From contig JBEKNE010000001.1 in assembly GCA_049523135.1 (NCBI GenBank), forward strand, positions 210,095-274,094: 64,000 bases of DNA, in the 5' to 3' direction. The position numbers and the translations under genes are program-made. Positions within the stretch are counted from its first letter, which is position 1. Every line of letters starts with the position of its first letter. Below the pieces are notes generated by a model. The model was not told the origin of the DNA. It was given only the letters and a program-made list of their open reading frames with translations, and ran no database searches. Below are positions 1 through 9,203 of this stretch, piece by piece. Source of the stretch: Candidatus Microgenomates bacterium (GTDB lineage: Bacteria; Patescibacteriota; Microgenomatia; UBA8517).

Positions 1-230
1 GCTTCAGGCATTACAACCTGGCTATATATATCTGTGACACAAGCTCTGAGATTAACATTATGTGCATTGAAGGACACTGGAGAAGTGAGGCCAGTCAAAG
101 CGAATTTGAAGCAGGTCTCGTACTTGGTCGAAAGCTCGCTGCAACCCTCCCTGGGCAAAAATATACGGGTATGAAATATCCAACTAGCCGGATGCGCAAG
201 GCATGGAAGTCTGCAAAGAGATATAGATAA
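1..230 (+). CDS. 3' end of an unidentified protein-coding gene (frame 3, open to window start; ...FEAGLVLGRKLAATLPGQKYTGMKYPTSRMRKAWKSAKRYR*)
   Basis: Open reading frame running off the 5' edge with stop TAA at 228-230; intrinsic terminator follows. No confident homology by eye. Confidence 0.3.
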   Translation, partial: FRHYNLAIYICDTSSEINIMCIEGHWRSEASQSEFEAGLVLGRKLAATLPGQKYTGMKYPTSRMRKAWKSAKRYR

Positions 231-249
231 ACAAAGACAAGTGCAGGTT

Positions 250-289
250 AGCCCTGAACAATAAGAAAAATGTTCAGGGCTATTTTTTT
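250..289 (+). terminator. Rho-independent terminator (AGCCCTGAACA..TGTTCAGGGCT + T7)
   Basis: Perfect 11-bp inverted repeat followed by a 7-8 nt T run, seen directly. Confidence 0.8.
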
Positions 290-306
290 GGCAAAACCAG
301 CCTTGC

Positions 307-335
307 TTGCGCCCTGCCCAAACTTCTGATATAAT
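307..335 (+). promoter_or_regulatory. Sigma70-like promoter for the r-protein operon (TTGCGC - 17 bp - TGaTATAAT, extended -10)
   Basis: -35 TTGCGC at 307-312, TG at 327-328, -10 TATAAT at 330-335; spacing 17. Confidence 0.5.
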
Positions 336-410
336 TCCCCTCGTAACATGATAGTGGTATTGAATAACATCAGCCACGATAATTAGAGTTTTTGAGGGAA
401 GCCCCATCTA

Positions 411-436
411 AGGCGCCTCTCAAAGGCGCTTTTTTG
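411..436 (+). promoter_or_regulatory. Leader hairpin + U-run between promoter and rplC (attenuator/terminator-like)
   Basis: GGCGCC..loop..GGCGCT stem followed by TTTTTT at 430-435, about 50 nt upstream of the rplC start. Confidence 0.45.
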
Positions 437-483
437 TTGTTTAATGGCGAATCGGATTTGCCCCGATTTGCTCCAAAACCAAA

Positions 484-1272
484 ATGATAAATACGATTTT
501 AGGCTCAAAAGGAGTCAGCTCACAGACCTTTGTAGAAGGGTTTAGAGTTCCCGTTACAAAAGTAACCGCGGGGCCTTGTGTTGTGACCCAAATTAAATCT
601 CAGGATAAAGACGGTTACTGGGCAATTCAGATTGGATTTTCTTCTAGGAAAGCAAAACACACTTCAAAACCCCTTCAAGGACACCTCAAAGAAACTTCAA
701 AAGACAGCAAATTTCCAAGATATTTACAGGAAGTCAGAGTTGATAAAGAGCCTGAATTTAAAGTTGGAGATATAATCTCAGTCTCCGATATTTTGAAAGC
801 AGGAGATGTTGTTGCCGTAACGGGAGTCTCAAAAGGAAAAGGGTTTGCGGGGGTAGTTAAAAGACACCACTTTAAGGGAGGTCCCAGAACCCATGGACAA
901 TCCGATCGGGAGCGTGCTCCGGGATCAATTGGTCAGACAACTACTCCAGGAAGAGTCTACAGGGGAAAAAGAATGGCCGGAAGAATGGGCGGAGAGCAAA
1001 ATACCGTCAAGAATTTGCATATAATCTCAATTAATCCTGAAAATTCCGAGATTGAAGTCTCCGGACAAATACCCGGGCATCCCGGATCCCTAATTTCTAT
1101 CAGGAAAATTAAATCAGGAAGTCTGAAGGAGCTTGAACATGAAGTTGTTGCACAGGTAGTTGAAGGCGAAGCTCCTGCGGAGGAGGGAACCCCCGAAGTA
1201 GCAGCCAGTAGCCCGAAACCAGCAGAACCGGCAAAGGCGGATACCAAACAGACTGAACCAGCAAAAGAATAA
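484..1272 (+). CDS. rplC: 50S ribosomal protein L3, with ~45-aa Pro/Glu/Ala/Lys-rich C-terminal extension
   Basis: L3 N-terminal pattern (GFRVPVTKV..., GQ motif region) and operon position; low-complexity tail EAPAEEGTPEVAASSPKPAEPAKADTKQTEPAKE. Confidence 0.93.
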   Translation: MINTILGSKGVSSQTFVEGFRVPVTKVTAGPCVVTQIKSQDKDGYWAIQIGFSSRKAKHTSKPLQGHLKETSKDSKFPRYLQEVRVDKEPEFKVGDIISVSDILKAGDVVAVTGVSKGKGFAGVVKRHHFKGGPRTHGQSDRERAPGSIGQTTTPGRVYRGKRMAGRMGGEQNTVKNLHIISINPENSEIEVSGQIPGHPGSLISIRKIKSGSLKELEHEVVAQVVEGEAPAEEGTPEVAASSPKPAEPAKADTKQTEPAKE

Positions 1273-1281
1273 AAAATAAAT

Positions 1282-1956
1282 ATGGCAAAAGTACAAATAT
1301 TTACAATAAAAGGAACAAAAACAGGTGAGATGAGCCTTCCTAAGGAATTTGAGCAGAAGGTAAATCTTCCTCTTTTGGCTCAAGCTATTCATATTTATGA
1401 GGAAAGAAGCCACGTTGGTCTCAGGAATACCAAAACAAGATCTGAGGTCAATAGGACCACAAAAAAGCTTTATAAACAAAAAGGAACCGGTGGAGCCCGT
1501 CACGGAAGCCGTCGTGCACCTATTTTTGTCGGCGGAGGTGTAACTTTTGGTCCGAGGCCCCTTCGAAGGGTTTTGAATTTATCGGATAAACTTAAAAGTC
1601 AGTCAAGACTTTTAGCCTATTCATTAAAAATCAGTGAAAAAGAATTAGTTCTTGTTTCCGGACTTGCCAAACTCGGAAAAACAAAAGAAGCACACACTTT
1701 TCTGAAAGCTTTGGAGAAAGCTACCGGCGCCAAAAGGTTTACTTTTGTTCTTTCGGAGAAGGCAACAGGGATTACAAAGTTTTTGAGAAATTTATCTCAG
1801 ACAGAAACCGTCTTTTATAAAGACGCAAACGCTTTTGATATTTTCAGGGGAGGAATGATTGTCATGGATGAGGAAATATTTGGGAGTAGCCCGAAAGAGG
1901 AAAAAAAGACGGTAAAAACAGTTAAAAAACAAGATACGAAAGAAATCAAAAAATAA
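1282..1956 (+). CDS. rplD: 50S ribosomal protein L4
   Basis: GTGGARHGSRRAPIFVGGGVTFGPRP motif; position after rplC. Confidence 0.93.
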   Translation: MAKVQIFTIKGTKTGEMSLPKEFEQKVNLPLLAQAIHIYEERSHVGLRNTKTRSEVNRTTKKLYKQKGTGGARHGSRRAPIFVGGGVTFGPRPLRRVLNLSDKLKSQSRLLAYSLKISEKELVLVSGLAKLGKTKEAHTFLKALEKATGAKRFTFVLSEKATGITKFLRNLSQTETVFYKDANAFDIFRGGMIVMDEEIFGSSPKEEKKTVKTVKKQDTKEIKK

Positions 1957-1957
1957 T

Positions 1958-2233
1958 ATGTTGAAACCAATATTTACGGAAAAAAGTCTGAAAGACGCAA
2001 AACAAGGAAACTATACATTTAGTGTAGAACCCAGAATGAACAAAAAAAGAATTGCGGCAGAAATTGCCAAAATTTTTGATGTAAAAGTAACTCGCGTCAG
2101 AACATTAAAAACAGGCGGAGAGAAAGGAAGGAATGCCAAAGGTAGAAATTTCAGCTCCGTTGCCGGCAAGAAGGCCATAGTAACTCTTAAAGAAGGAGAT
2201 AAAATAGATGTTTTTGAGGAGGGCAAGAAATGA
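1958..2233 (+). CDS. rplW: 50S ribosomal protein L23
   Basis: Size, basic composition, conserved operon position between L4 and L2. Confidence 0.9.
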   Translation: MLKPIFTEKSLKDAKQGNYTFSVEPRMNKKRIAAEIAKIFDVKVTRVRTLKTGGEKGRNAKGRNFSSVAGKKAIVTLKEGDKIDVFEEGKK

Positions 2234-2985
2234 AACAACTAAAAACTATATTGGCTAAAAAATCAGGCAGAGGTCCTCATGGCAATGTCACCGTAAGGCA
2301 CCAGGGCAAGAGAGAAAAGAGATATTTGCGTACTGTTGATTTCAGAAGAGACAAAAAAGATATATGGGGAGCTGTTGAGGCAATAGAATACGATCCGAAT
2401 AGAAATGCCGAGCTTGCTAAGGTAAAATACGAGGATGGCGAAAGGCGTTACATACTTTCACCTTTCGGACTTGAGGTTGGTTCTAAAGTTATAGCTTCGG
2501 AAGAAGCACCGGTTGAGGCAGGAAATGCTCTTCCTTTGAGAGCTATTTCGGTAGGAACTCCGATTCATAATGTTGAGATAACTAAAGGAAAAGGCGGACA
2601 GCTGGTAAAAGGTGCGGGAAGTACGGCAGTTGTATTTGGAAAAGAAGACAACTGGGTCTTGGTAAAACTTCCTTCAGGAGAAATCAGAAGATTCGATCCG
2701 GATTGCTCGGCTGAGGTTGGACAGGTCGGAAATATCGATGCCAAGAATGAGGTAATTCACAAGGCGGGACGCGTCAGGCATATGGGAATCCGCCCGTCCG
2801 TCAGAGGTGTAGCCATGAATCCGCATTCACATCCGCATGGAGGTGGAGAAGGAAGAAGCGGCGTCGGATTAAAATATCAAAAGACGGTCTACGGCAGGAA
2901 AGCTGTTGGAAAGACCAGAAACAAAAAGAAATATTCCAACCGTTTGATAATTCAGAGGAGAGGGGGAAAAGCGGTTTTAGGTTAA
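2230..2985 (+). CDS. rplB: 50S ribosomal protein L2
   Basis: L2 signature ...GRNxxGxxTxRHxGGGHK-like core ([26 protein letters not shown]). Confidence 0.95.
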   Translation: MKQLKTILAKKSGRGPHGNVTVRHQGKREKRYLRTVDFRRDKKDIWGAVEAIEYDPNRNAELAKVKYEDGERRYILSPFGLEVGSKVIASEEAPVEAGNALPLRAISVGTPIHNVEITKGKGGQLVKGAGSTAVVFGKEDNWVLVKLPSGEIRRFDPDCSAEVGQVGNIDAKNEVIHKAGRVRHMGIRPSVRGVAMNPHSHPHGGGEGRSGVGLKYQKTVYGRKAVGKTRNKKKYSNRLIIQRRGGKAVLG

Positions 2986-2989
2986 TTCT

Positions 2990-3271
2990 ATGGCAAGAAG
3001 TTCTAAAAAAGGGCCTTTTGTAGACCCGATACTGGTTAAAAAAATAGAGAAGGGAATGGGCTCGAAAGAAAGCCCTATCAAAACGTGGTCAAGAAGGTGT
3101 CAAATTTCACCGGAGTTTGTCGGAAAGTATTTTCAGGTTCATAACGGCCATGTTTTTATTGATGTTTTTGTGACCGAAGATATGGTTGGACACGCTTTGG
3201 GGGAATTTTCTCCCACCAGAACATTCAGAGGACACGGAGAAATCGTGAAGAGAACTTTGGAGAAAACGTAA
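2990..3271 (+). CDS. rpsS: 30S ribosomal protein S19
   Basis: [11 protein letters not shown]...[10 protein letters not shown]...[16 protein letters not shown] typical S19. Confidence 0.95.
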   Translation: MARSSKKGPFVDPILVKKIEKGMGSKESPIKTWSRRCQISPEFVGKYFQVHNGHVFIDVFVTEDMVGHALGEFSPTRTFRGHGEIVKRTLEKT

Positions 3272-3275
3272 TCAT

Positions 3276-3692
3276 ATGGAAAAAGAATTTAAAGCAACAC
3301 AAAAATATCTTTTGATGAGCCCGAGAAAAATCAGGCTGGTAGTGGATGTTGTCAAAAAAATGAAACCTACCGAAGCGGTAGAAAAATTGCCTTTTGTACA
3401 AAAAAGAGCCGGTGCGGAACTTGCCAAAGTCATTAAAAGTGCTATTGCTTCCGCCAAAGCTCAGGGAATTTCCGAGACAGATTTGGTATTTAAAGAGATT
3501 CAAATAGGTGAAGGGCCAAGACTCAAAAGGGGTATCGCCGTAAGCCGCGGAATGTGGCATCCGATTAAAAAGAGAATGAGCCATATAAGAGTTATTTTGA
3601 CAATTCTTAAAAAAGAAGAGGTAAAGGCAAAAACTGAAAAAGTTATTGAAGAAAAAGTAGAAAAGAAAGGAAAAAATGGGACAAAAAGTTAA
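3276..3692 (+). CDS. rplV: 50S ribosomal protein L22 (Lys/Glu-rich C-terminal tail)
   Basis: Operon position; L22-like core with beta-hairpin region. Confidence 0.9.
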   Translation: MEKEFKATQKYLLMSPRKIRLVVDVVKKMKPTEAVEKLPFVQKRAGAELAKVIKSAIASAKAQGISETDLVFKEIQIGEGPRLKRGIAVSRGMWHPIKKRMSHIRVILTILKKEEVKAKTEKVIEEKVEKKGKNGTKS

Positions 3693-4326
3693 TCCAATCG
3701 GTATAAGAATAGGCAGTTTCCTACCTTGGAAGTCAAGGTGGTTTGCTGATCAGGGAAATTTCCGGAATTTCCTGATTGAGGACGTGAGAATCAGAAAAGA
3801 ACTAACCAAGAAGTTGAAGCTGGCAGGAGTAACCGGAGTTGAAATCGAAAGATTGCCTAAAAGCATGGTGGTAATAATTACGGTTAGCCGTCCGGGAGTT
3901 GTTATTGGTAGAGGGGGAACCGGAATAGAAGATGTTAAAAAGTACATTTTGGGAATTATGAGTGAAGTCAGGAGGAAACCTGTAAAAGATCTTAAGATTG
4001 ATATAAGGATTAATGAAGTAAAAAATCCCGAACTTTCGGCATATTTGGTTGCGGAAAGAATTGCGGGGGAAATGGAAAGAAGAATCCCCCACAGACGTGC
4101 GGTTCAGAAAGCAATTGAACGTGTGATGGCATCCGGAGCTCTTGGGGTTAAAGTAGTTGTTGCTGGTCGTATAAACGGCGCGGAAATTTCCAGAGTTGAA
4201 AAATTCCATCAGGGTTCGGTTCCAACACAAACTTTGCGCGAGAATTTGGATTATGCCCAAGTTCCGGCACTTTTGAAGAGGGGTTATGTAGGGGTAAAAG
4301 TTTGGATTCACAAAAAGCAGGAATAA
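3676..4326 (+). CDS. rpsC: 30S ribosomal protein S3
   Basis: MGQKVNPIGIRIG... KH domain start typical of S3. Confidence 0.95.
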   Translation: MGQKVNPIGIRIGSFLPWKSRWFADQGNFRNFLIEDVRIRKELTKKLKLAGVTGVEIERLPKSMVVIITVSRPGVVIGRGGTGIEDVKKYILGIMSEVRRKPVKDLKIDIRINEVKNPELSAYLVAERIAGEMERRIPHRRAVQKAIERVMASGALGVKVVVAGRINGAEISRVEKFHQGSVPTQTLRENLDYAQVPALLKRGYVGVKVWIHKKQE

Positions 4327-4339
4327 TTTATAAAGTACT

Positions 4340-4750
4340 ATGTTACAACCAAAAAGGAGAAAATATATAAAAGAATTTAGAGGCAGGCGACACGGCGTTG
4401 CAACCCGCGGGAGTGCAATTTCTTTTGGGGATATGGCAATGAAGGCTCAGGAAGTTTCATGGATCACATCAGCTCAGATTGAAGCCGCAAGACGTACAAT
4501 TACCCATGGTCTGAGAAAAGGTGGAAGAGTTTGGGTAAGAATTTTTCCTGATAAACCAATTACTGCGAGGCCCGCAGGAAAAAGAATGGGTGGAGGTAAA
4601 GGTGATATTTCAACTTATGTTGCTGTAGTGAGACCGGGAACAATCCTTTTTGAAGTTGCGGGTGCCGACCCTGAGATAGTCAAGGAAGCTTTTAGAAAAG
4701 CCGGAGCAAAATTGCCTATAAGTGTAAAGACGATTAGTAGACAGGAATAA
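4340..4750 (+). CDS. rplP: 50S ribosomal protein L16
   Basis: MLQPKRRKYIKEFRGRRHG... typical L16. Confidence 0.95.
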   Translation: MLQPKRRKYIKEFRGRRHGVATRGSAISFGDMAMKAQEVSWITSAQIEAARRTITHGLRKGGRVWVRIFPDKPITARPAGKRMGGGKGDISTYVAVVRPGTILFEVAGADPEIVKEAFRKAGAKLPISVKTISRQE

Positions 4751-4759
4751 TATTCTGAT

Positions 4760-4975
4760 ATGAAAAGAAAAGATTTTACCGGTTTAAGAGAGAAAACAAT
4801 CAAAGACTTGAAAGCCTTGGCTTCCAAGAAGAGAATTGAATCCATTAAAACAAAAATGGGGATAATGTCCGGAAAAGAGAAAAATCTGAAATTGCACAGG
4901 AATTTAGATAGAGAAATTGCTAAAATACTAACCTTGATCAGGGAAAAAGAGATAATTGAGAAATTACAACCATGA
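4760..4975 (+). CDS. rpmC: 50S ribosomal protein L29
   Basis: Size (71 aa), helical, position between L16 and S17. Confidence 0.85.
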   Translation: MKRKDFTGLREKTIKDLKALASKKRIESIKTKMGIMSGKEKNLKLHRNLDREIAKILTLIREKEIIEKLQP

Positions 4976-5220
4976 AAATTTTTATCGGTAAAGTAATCGG
5001 CACAAAACAAGCAAAAACAGCCACCGTTGCTGTGGAGCGGATGGTTATAGCTCCTATTTACAAAAAAAGATTTAAGAGACTAACCAAGTTTCAAGTTCAT
5101 GACGAAATCGGCGTAAAAGTCGGCGATATGGTTAAGTTCGCAGACTCCCGACCTTACTCTAAAACAAAAAAGTGGAAAATTACTAAAGTGATGGATACCA
5201 AGAAAGGAGCGAAAGCTTAA
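4972..5220 (+). CDS. rpsQ: 30S ribosomal protein S17
   Basis: Gx(V/I)xS.KMxKT..V.VER motif-like start GKVIGTKQAKTATVAVER. Confidence 0.92.
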   Translation: MKIFIGKVIGTKQAKTATVAVERMVIAPIYKKRFKRLTKFQVHDEIGVKVGDMVKFADSRPYSKTKKWKITKVMDTKKGAKA

Positions 5221-5221
5221 A

Positions 5222-5587
5222 ATGTTGCAACTTAGAAGCATACTGGTACCGGCGGATAATAGCGGAGCAAGAAGGATTATGGTAATCGGTGTTCCCGGGA
5301 GAGTCGGCAAGTTTGCAACTCTTGGAGATGTTGTTTTAGGAGTTGTCAAGGAAGCCGATCCGGCAGGAATTGTCGGACATCACGAAAAAGTCAAAGTACT
5401 TATTGTGCGCACAAGGAAAGAAGTCAGAAGGCGTGACGGAAGCTATATCAGATTTGATGATAATGCGGGAGTTGTTATAGATAAACAAGGTCTTCCCCGC
5501 GGCACCAGAATTTTAGGGCCGATTGCAAGGGAAGTTAAGGAAGCCGGTTATAACAAAATAGCATCACTCGCCCGTGAGGTAGTATAA
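5222..5587 (+). CDS. rplN: 50S ribosomal protein L14
   Basis: MLQLRSILVPADNSGARRIMVIGV... typical L14 (MIQ..T.L.VADNSGA). Confidence 0.95.
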   Translation: MLQLRSILVPADNSGARRIMVIGVPGRVGKFATLGDVVLGVVKEADPAGIVGHHEKVKVLIVRTRKEVRRRDGSYIRFDDNAGVVIDKQGLPRGTRILGPIAREVKEAGYNKIASLAREVV

Positions 5588-5597
5588 AAATAAAAAT

Positions 5598-5912
5598 ATG
5601 GTCAAATTTAAAATTGGAGATACAGTTAAAGTAACGGCAGGAAAAGATAAAGGCAGAGAGGGAAAAATTGAAAAAGTCCTGTCTGCCGAGAGAAAAGTAG
5701 TAATTCCTGAGGTAAATCTCTATAAAAAACATGTTAAGGGTTTTGGAGATGTAAAAGGAGGAATTTATAGTATTCCCAGAGGTTTGGGATTTGGCAAGAT
5801 TGCTCTGATTTGTCCGAAGTGCAAGAAAATTACAAGGGTTGGTTTTAAGTTCGCGGGAGAGGAAAAAGTGCGCATTTGTAAAAAATGCGGAAAGGAGATT
5901 GACACAAAATGA
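5598..5912 (+). CDS. rplX: 50S ribosomal protein L24 with C-terminal CxxC..CxxC zinc ribbon
   Basis: N-terminal KOW (KIGDTVKVTAGKDKGREGKI) then CPKCKK..CKKCGK. Confidence 0.9.
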   Translation: MVKFKIGDTVKVTAGKDKGREGKIEKVLSAERKVVIPEVNLYKKHVKGFGDVKGGIYSIPRGLGFGKIALICPKCKKITRVGFKFAGEEKVRICKKCGKEIDTK

Positions 5913-6466
5913 TAGGCAGATTACAAGAAAAATACGAAAAAGAAGTTAAAGGGACTTTGGCTAAGGAATTTGGTATCAAAAATGGCCTTGCTACCCCAAG
6001 AGTGGAAAAGGTTGTCATTAATATGGGAATTGGGTCAATTGCTAAAAATCAGCAACAGTTGGATGCTTTGAAAAAAGATTTGGCAGTGGTTGCCGGACAG
6101 GCTCCCTCCGTCCGTAATGCGAAAGTCTCGATAGCCAGTTTTTCCCTTAGAGCCGGAATGCCGGTAGGCTTAAGCGTTACTTTGAGAAAAGAACGTATGT
6201 ATGCCTTTTTGGATAAGCTTTTTTCAATAGTTTTGCCGCGCTTGAGGGATTTTAGAGGAGTATCATTAAAATCTTTTGATAAAATAGGAAATTATACATT
6301 AGGGTTTGAAGAGCATACTGTTTTTCCGGAAATTGATCCGACCAAAAGCGCCAATGCCCACGGTCTTGAAGTCACAATTGTGACAACAGCCAAAGATAAG
6401 GAGCAGGCAAAAAGACTTTTGGAGCTCTTGGGATGCCCGTTTGTGAAGGAGGAAATTAAAAAATGA
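5909..6466 (+). CDS. rplE: 50S ribosomal protein L5
   Basis: L5 core (VINMGIG..., [18 protein letters not shown]). Confidence 0.95.
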   Translation: MIGRLQEKYEKEVKGTLAKEFGIKNGLATPRVEKVVINMGIGSIAKNQQQLDALKKDLAVVAGQAPSVRNAKVSIASFSLRAGMPVGLSVTLRKERMYAFLDKLFSIVLPRLRDFRGVSLKSFDKIGNYTLGFEEHTVFPEIDPTKSANAHGLEVTIVTTAKDKEQAKRLLELLGCPFVKEEIKK

Positions 6467-6648
6467 GTACAACTGCAAAAGAAGTAAGAGAGACAAAGAA
6501 ACTGAAATACAAAGTTCGATATCACAACAGATGCAAAATCTGCGGCAGATCGCGTGGATATCTTAGGAAATACGGAATATGCAGGCTTTGTTTTAGGGAA
6601 TATGCTCTTAAGGGAGAAATCCCGGGAGTTAGAAAGGCATCATGGTAA
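6463..6648 (+). CDS. rpsZ: 30S ribosomal protein S14 type Z (zinc-binding)
   Basis: 61 aa, [17 protein letters not shown]. Confidence 0.93.
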   Translation: MSTTAKEVRETKKLKYKVRYHNRCKICGRSRGYLRKYGICRLCFREYALKGEIPGVRKASW

Positions 6649-7031
6649 AAGCAAGAACTAATTATCCGGTTGGAGATTTTTTGATAAGACTTAAAAATGC
6701 CGCAATGGCGGGAAATAAAAAGGTGGATGCCAGTCCCGACAAGCAGATAAAAGCTATCGCCGAGGCTCTTAAAAAAATGGGTTATCTGGATGAAGTAAAA
6801 AGTGAGAAAGGAACTTTAACCGTTTCTCTGACTTTTAAGAATAAGGAGCCAAGACTTATGAATCTAAAACTTGTCTCAAAGCCGGGCTTAAGGGTTTATT
6901 TGGGAGCTGATGAGCTTGAAGAAAAGAAAGGTCCGTCGGTTTTTTTGGTTTCAACACCAAAAGGAGTAATTTCTTCGCTGCAGGCAATTAAAAACCGCGC
7001 AGGGGGAGAAGTTATAGCCGAAATTTGGTAA
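6642..7031 (+). CDS. rpsH: 30S ribosomal protein S8
   Basis: DFLIRLKNA... typical S8 start; operon position. Confidence 0.93.
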   Translation: MVKARTNYPVGDFLIRLKNAAMAGNKKVDASPDKQIKAIAEALKKMGYLDEVKSEKGTLTVSLTFKNKEPRLMNLKLVSKPGLRVYLGADELEEKKGPSVFLVSTPKGVISSLQAIKNRAGGEVIAEIW

Positions 7032-7041
7032 TAATAAAAAA

Positions 7042-7596
7042 ATGAGCAAAATTGGAAAACAACCGGTAATAATTCCGTCAGGAGTAACAGTTGAAGTTAG
7101 TGGTCATGATGTCAAAGTCACAGGGCCTAAGGGAACTTTGGAAAAACATTTTCCGCCGGAAATTAATGTTGAGGTTAAGGACGGTAAAGTTTTTGTAACC
7201 GCTAAAGGATCCGGAAAATATGTTACATCCTTACATGGAACAACAAGAGCTCTGATAAATAACGATGTAAAAGGTGTTTCGGAAAGTTGGAGCAAAAAAC
7301 TGGAATTAGTAGGAACGGGATTTAAGGCGGAGCTGAGCGGCAATGTTTTATCGCTTACCGTCGGCTATTCCCACCCCGTAAAAATAGAGGCACCGGATGG
7401 GATTAGTTTTAAGATTGAAAAAACAATCGTCACAGTTGAAGGAGCCAATAGGGAACTTGTCGGACAGGTATCTGCTAATATCCGCGCAGTCAGACCTCCG
7501 GAACCCTACAAAGGAAAAGGAATTAAATATACGGATGAGGTGATAAGAAGAAAGGCCGGTAAAGCAGCCGCAACAAAAGCAGGTCCGGCAGCTTAA
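7042..7596 (+). CDS. rplF: 50S ribosomal protein L6
   Basis: SKIGKQPVIIPSGVTV...VKVTGPKG typical L6. Confidence 0.93.
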   Translation: MSKIGKQPVIIPSGVTVEVSGHDVKVTGPKGTLEKHFPPEINVEVKDGKVFVTAKGSGKYVTSLHGTTRALINNDVKGVSESWSKKLELVGTGFKAELSGNVLSLTVGYSHPVKIEAPDGISFKIEKTIVTVEGANRELVGQVSANIRAVRPPEPYKGKGIKYTDEVIRRKAGKAAATKAGPAA

Positions 7597-7605
7597 AGCG
7601 CAAAA

Positions 7606-7968
7606 ATGAAAAAATTACAATTAAAAACAAAAAGATATATTCAAAGAAAAAACCGTGTCAGGTCTAAAGTGGTGGGAAGTGCCTCCCGCCCAAGGCTTTC
7701 CGTTTTCCGGTCAAATAGTCATATTTACGGACAAATTATTAATGATGAAAAGGGAGTAACATTAGTGGCTTTTTCCGACCTGAAAATTAAGAAGGCGGAT
7801 AAAAAGATGACAAAAGTAGAAGTGGCCGGACAAGTTGGAGAAGAAATTGCCAAATTGGCTTTGACTAAGAAGATTAAAACAGTTATTTTTGACAGGAACG
7901 GATTCAGGTTCCACGGCAGAGTTAAAGCTTTGGCTGAAGGAGCAAGAAAAGGAGGTTTACAATTTTAA
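7606..7968 (+). CDS. rplR: 50S ribosomal protein L18
   Basis: RPRLSVFRSNSHIYGQIIND typical L18. Confidence 0.93.
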   Translation: MKKLQLKTKRYIQRKNRVRSKVVGSASRPRLSVFRSNSHIYGQIINDEKGVTLVAFSDLKIKKADKKMTKVEVAGQVGEEIAKLALTKKIKTVIFDRNGFRFHGRVKALAEGARKGGLQF

Positions 7969-7970
7969 AC

Positions 7971-8465
7971 ATGGCAAATTTTAATAGAGGCAGAAACAAT
8001 AATTATCAGGGCCCGCCCAAAGAATTTGAGGAAACTGTTGTCCAAATCAATAGGATCAGCAAGAAAACCAAAGGCGGAAACCAAATCAGATTTTCGGCGC
8101 TGGTTGTTGTGGGTGATAAAAAGGGAAAAGTGGGAGTCGGTCTTGCCAAGGCTACCGATGTGCGAAATGCCATAAGAAAGTCGGTAGATGCGGCCAAGAG
8201 AAAAATGACAATGATTCCTCTTGCGGGAACTACCGTTCCTTACTCCGTTCACGAAAAGTTTTCTGCAGCCGAAGTTTTGCTTAAGCCGGCCCCTCCAGGA
8301 TCAGGAATTATTGCGGGAGGCGCCATGAGAGTTGTACTTGAAGCGGCAGGTGTTAGGGATGCAGTAGGTAGAATTTTAGGAACAAAAAATAAAGTTTCAA
8401 ATGTTTACGCAACACTTAAAGCCTTGGAAAAGATTTCTGAAATAGTTGAAATGAAGAGAAAATAA
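7971..8465 (+). CDS. rpsE: 30S ribosomal protein S5
   Basis: S5 dsRBD + GRRFSALVVVGDKKGKVGVGLAKA region. Confidence 0.95.
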   Translation: MANFNRGRNNNYQGPPKEFEETVVQINRISKKTKGGNQIRFSALVVVGDKKGKVGVGLAKATDVRNAIRKSVDAAKRKMTMIPLAGTTVPYSVHEKFSAAEVLLKPAPPGSGIIAGGAMRVVLEAAGVRDAVGRILGTKNKVSNVYATLKALEKISEIVEMKRK

Positions 8466-8467
8466 TT

Positions 8468-8740
8468 ATGATACGTTTACCAAAAGTCACCGAAAGAAGA
8501 AAAAAGAGAGTTGGACGTGGAATGGGAAGCGGAAAAGGATCCCATACCTCCGGCCGTGGTCAAAAAGGACAAAAAAGCAGAGGAAACAAAATCGGTGTTC
8601 TTTTTGAAGGAATGAAAATGAAAAAGTCTTATCTTAAAAGACTTCCTTTAATGCGCGGAAAAGGAAAATTCCATGCAAAAGTAGGCAGGCGCGAAAAAAT
8701 TGCGGGCTTCAAGGCTAAAAAAGCCAAGACTTCAAAATAA
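8468..8740 (+). CDS. rplO: 50S ribosomal protein L15, N-terminal extended region only (90 aa; C-terminal globular domain missing)
   Basis: RVGRGMGSGKGSHTSGRGQKGQKSRG matches the L15 N-terminus. The ORF stops at 8740 and no L15 C-domain (KVLG..G...A..FS.SA.EKI) is found in any frame downstream. It starts directly after rpsE, so there is no L30. Confidence 0.8.
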   Translation: MIRLPKVTERRKKRVGRGMGSGKGSHTSGRGQKGQKSRGNKIGVLFEGMKMKKSYLKRLPLMRGKGKFHAKVGRREKIAGFKAKKAKTSK

Positions 8741-8764
8741 AAAGTTTATATTTTGGGATATTTT

Positions 8765-8815
8765 GCCAACAAAAAACCTGAAACAGTATCCTTTTTAGGG
8801 GGCCTATTTCAGGTT
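8765..8815 (-). terminator. Intrinsic terminator of the antisense cassette (AACCTGAAA/TTTCAGGTT stem, U-run on minus strand); also closes rplO
   Basis: 9-bp perfect inverted repeat at 8775-8783/8807-8815 with A6 (plus) = U6 (minus) immediately downstream in the minus orientation. Confidence 0.6.
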
Positions 8816-8839
8816 CTTTGCACTTCAATTGCGGTTTTT

Positions 8840-9190
8840 TTAACTGATCAGTACGGTAAGACCTTTTTTGTGAGTACGTCTTTCCAACTTCCTGATCAGG
8901 TCCAGATAATCTTGGTCAGAATAACCATGCGTCCTTCTAACTGTGAACCAGTTATTTATTTCGGCATCTTTAGGATGCACTGACCAAATGTGTTTGTACT
9001 TTCGTTTGCTGGCGTCACCAAAGTGTACGTTTACGCAAACGAACTCGGCCCTATCGTAAATTTCTTTGGCTTGTTGGCCGGTAGTCCATAAGTCGTGTTT
9101 CCAATCGGTATTATCTGGACGGACCTCAACAACCTTTAGATATGGTTGTTCGTGGTAATAATACAAACGAGTGATCCCATCTGGTTCCAT
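8840..9190 (-). CDS. Hypothetical 116-aa protein of the antisense cassette at the rplO-secY junction
   Basis: Strong SD on the minus strand (AAAGGAGAAAAAG-ATG). No recognizable family by eye (YYYHEQPYLKVVEVRPDNTDWKHDLW...). Confidence 0.6.
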   Translation of the reverse strand: MEPDGITRLYYYHEQPYLKVVEVRPDNTDWKHDLWTTGQQAKEIYDRAEFVCVNVHFGDASKRKYKHIWSVHPKDAEINNWFTVRRTHGYSDQDYLDLIRKLERRTHKKGLTVLIS

Positions 9191-9203
9191 CTTTTTCTCC
9201 TTT

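Noticed and set aside
957-4311. Antisense ORFs inside ribosomal protein genes (e.g., 957-1247, 1114-1503, 3225-3584, 3802-4311, all minus)
   Set aside because: They lie opposite strongly conserved r-protein CDSs and have low-complexity, Phe/Leu/Ser-rich composition typical of antisense frames of AT-rich coding DNA.
8753-8983. 76-aa plus-strand ORF immediately after rplO
   Set aside because: No L15-like sequence and no SD; it spans the terminator hairpin and overlaps the well-supported minus-strand gene 8840-9190, so it is most likely an accidental ORF.
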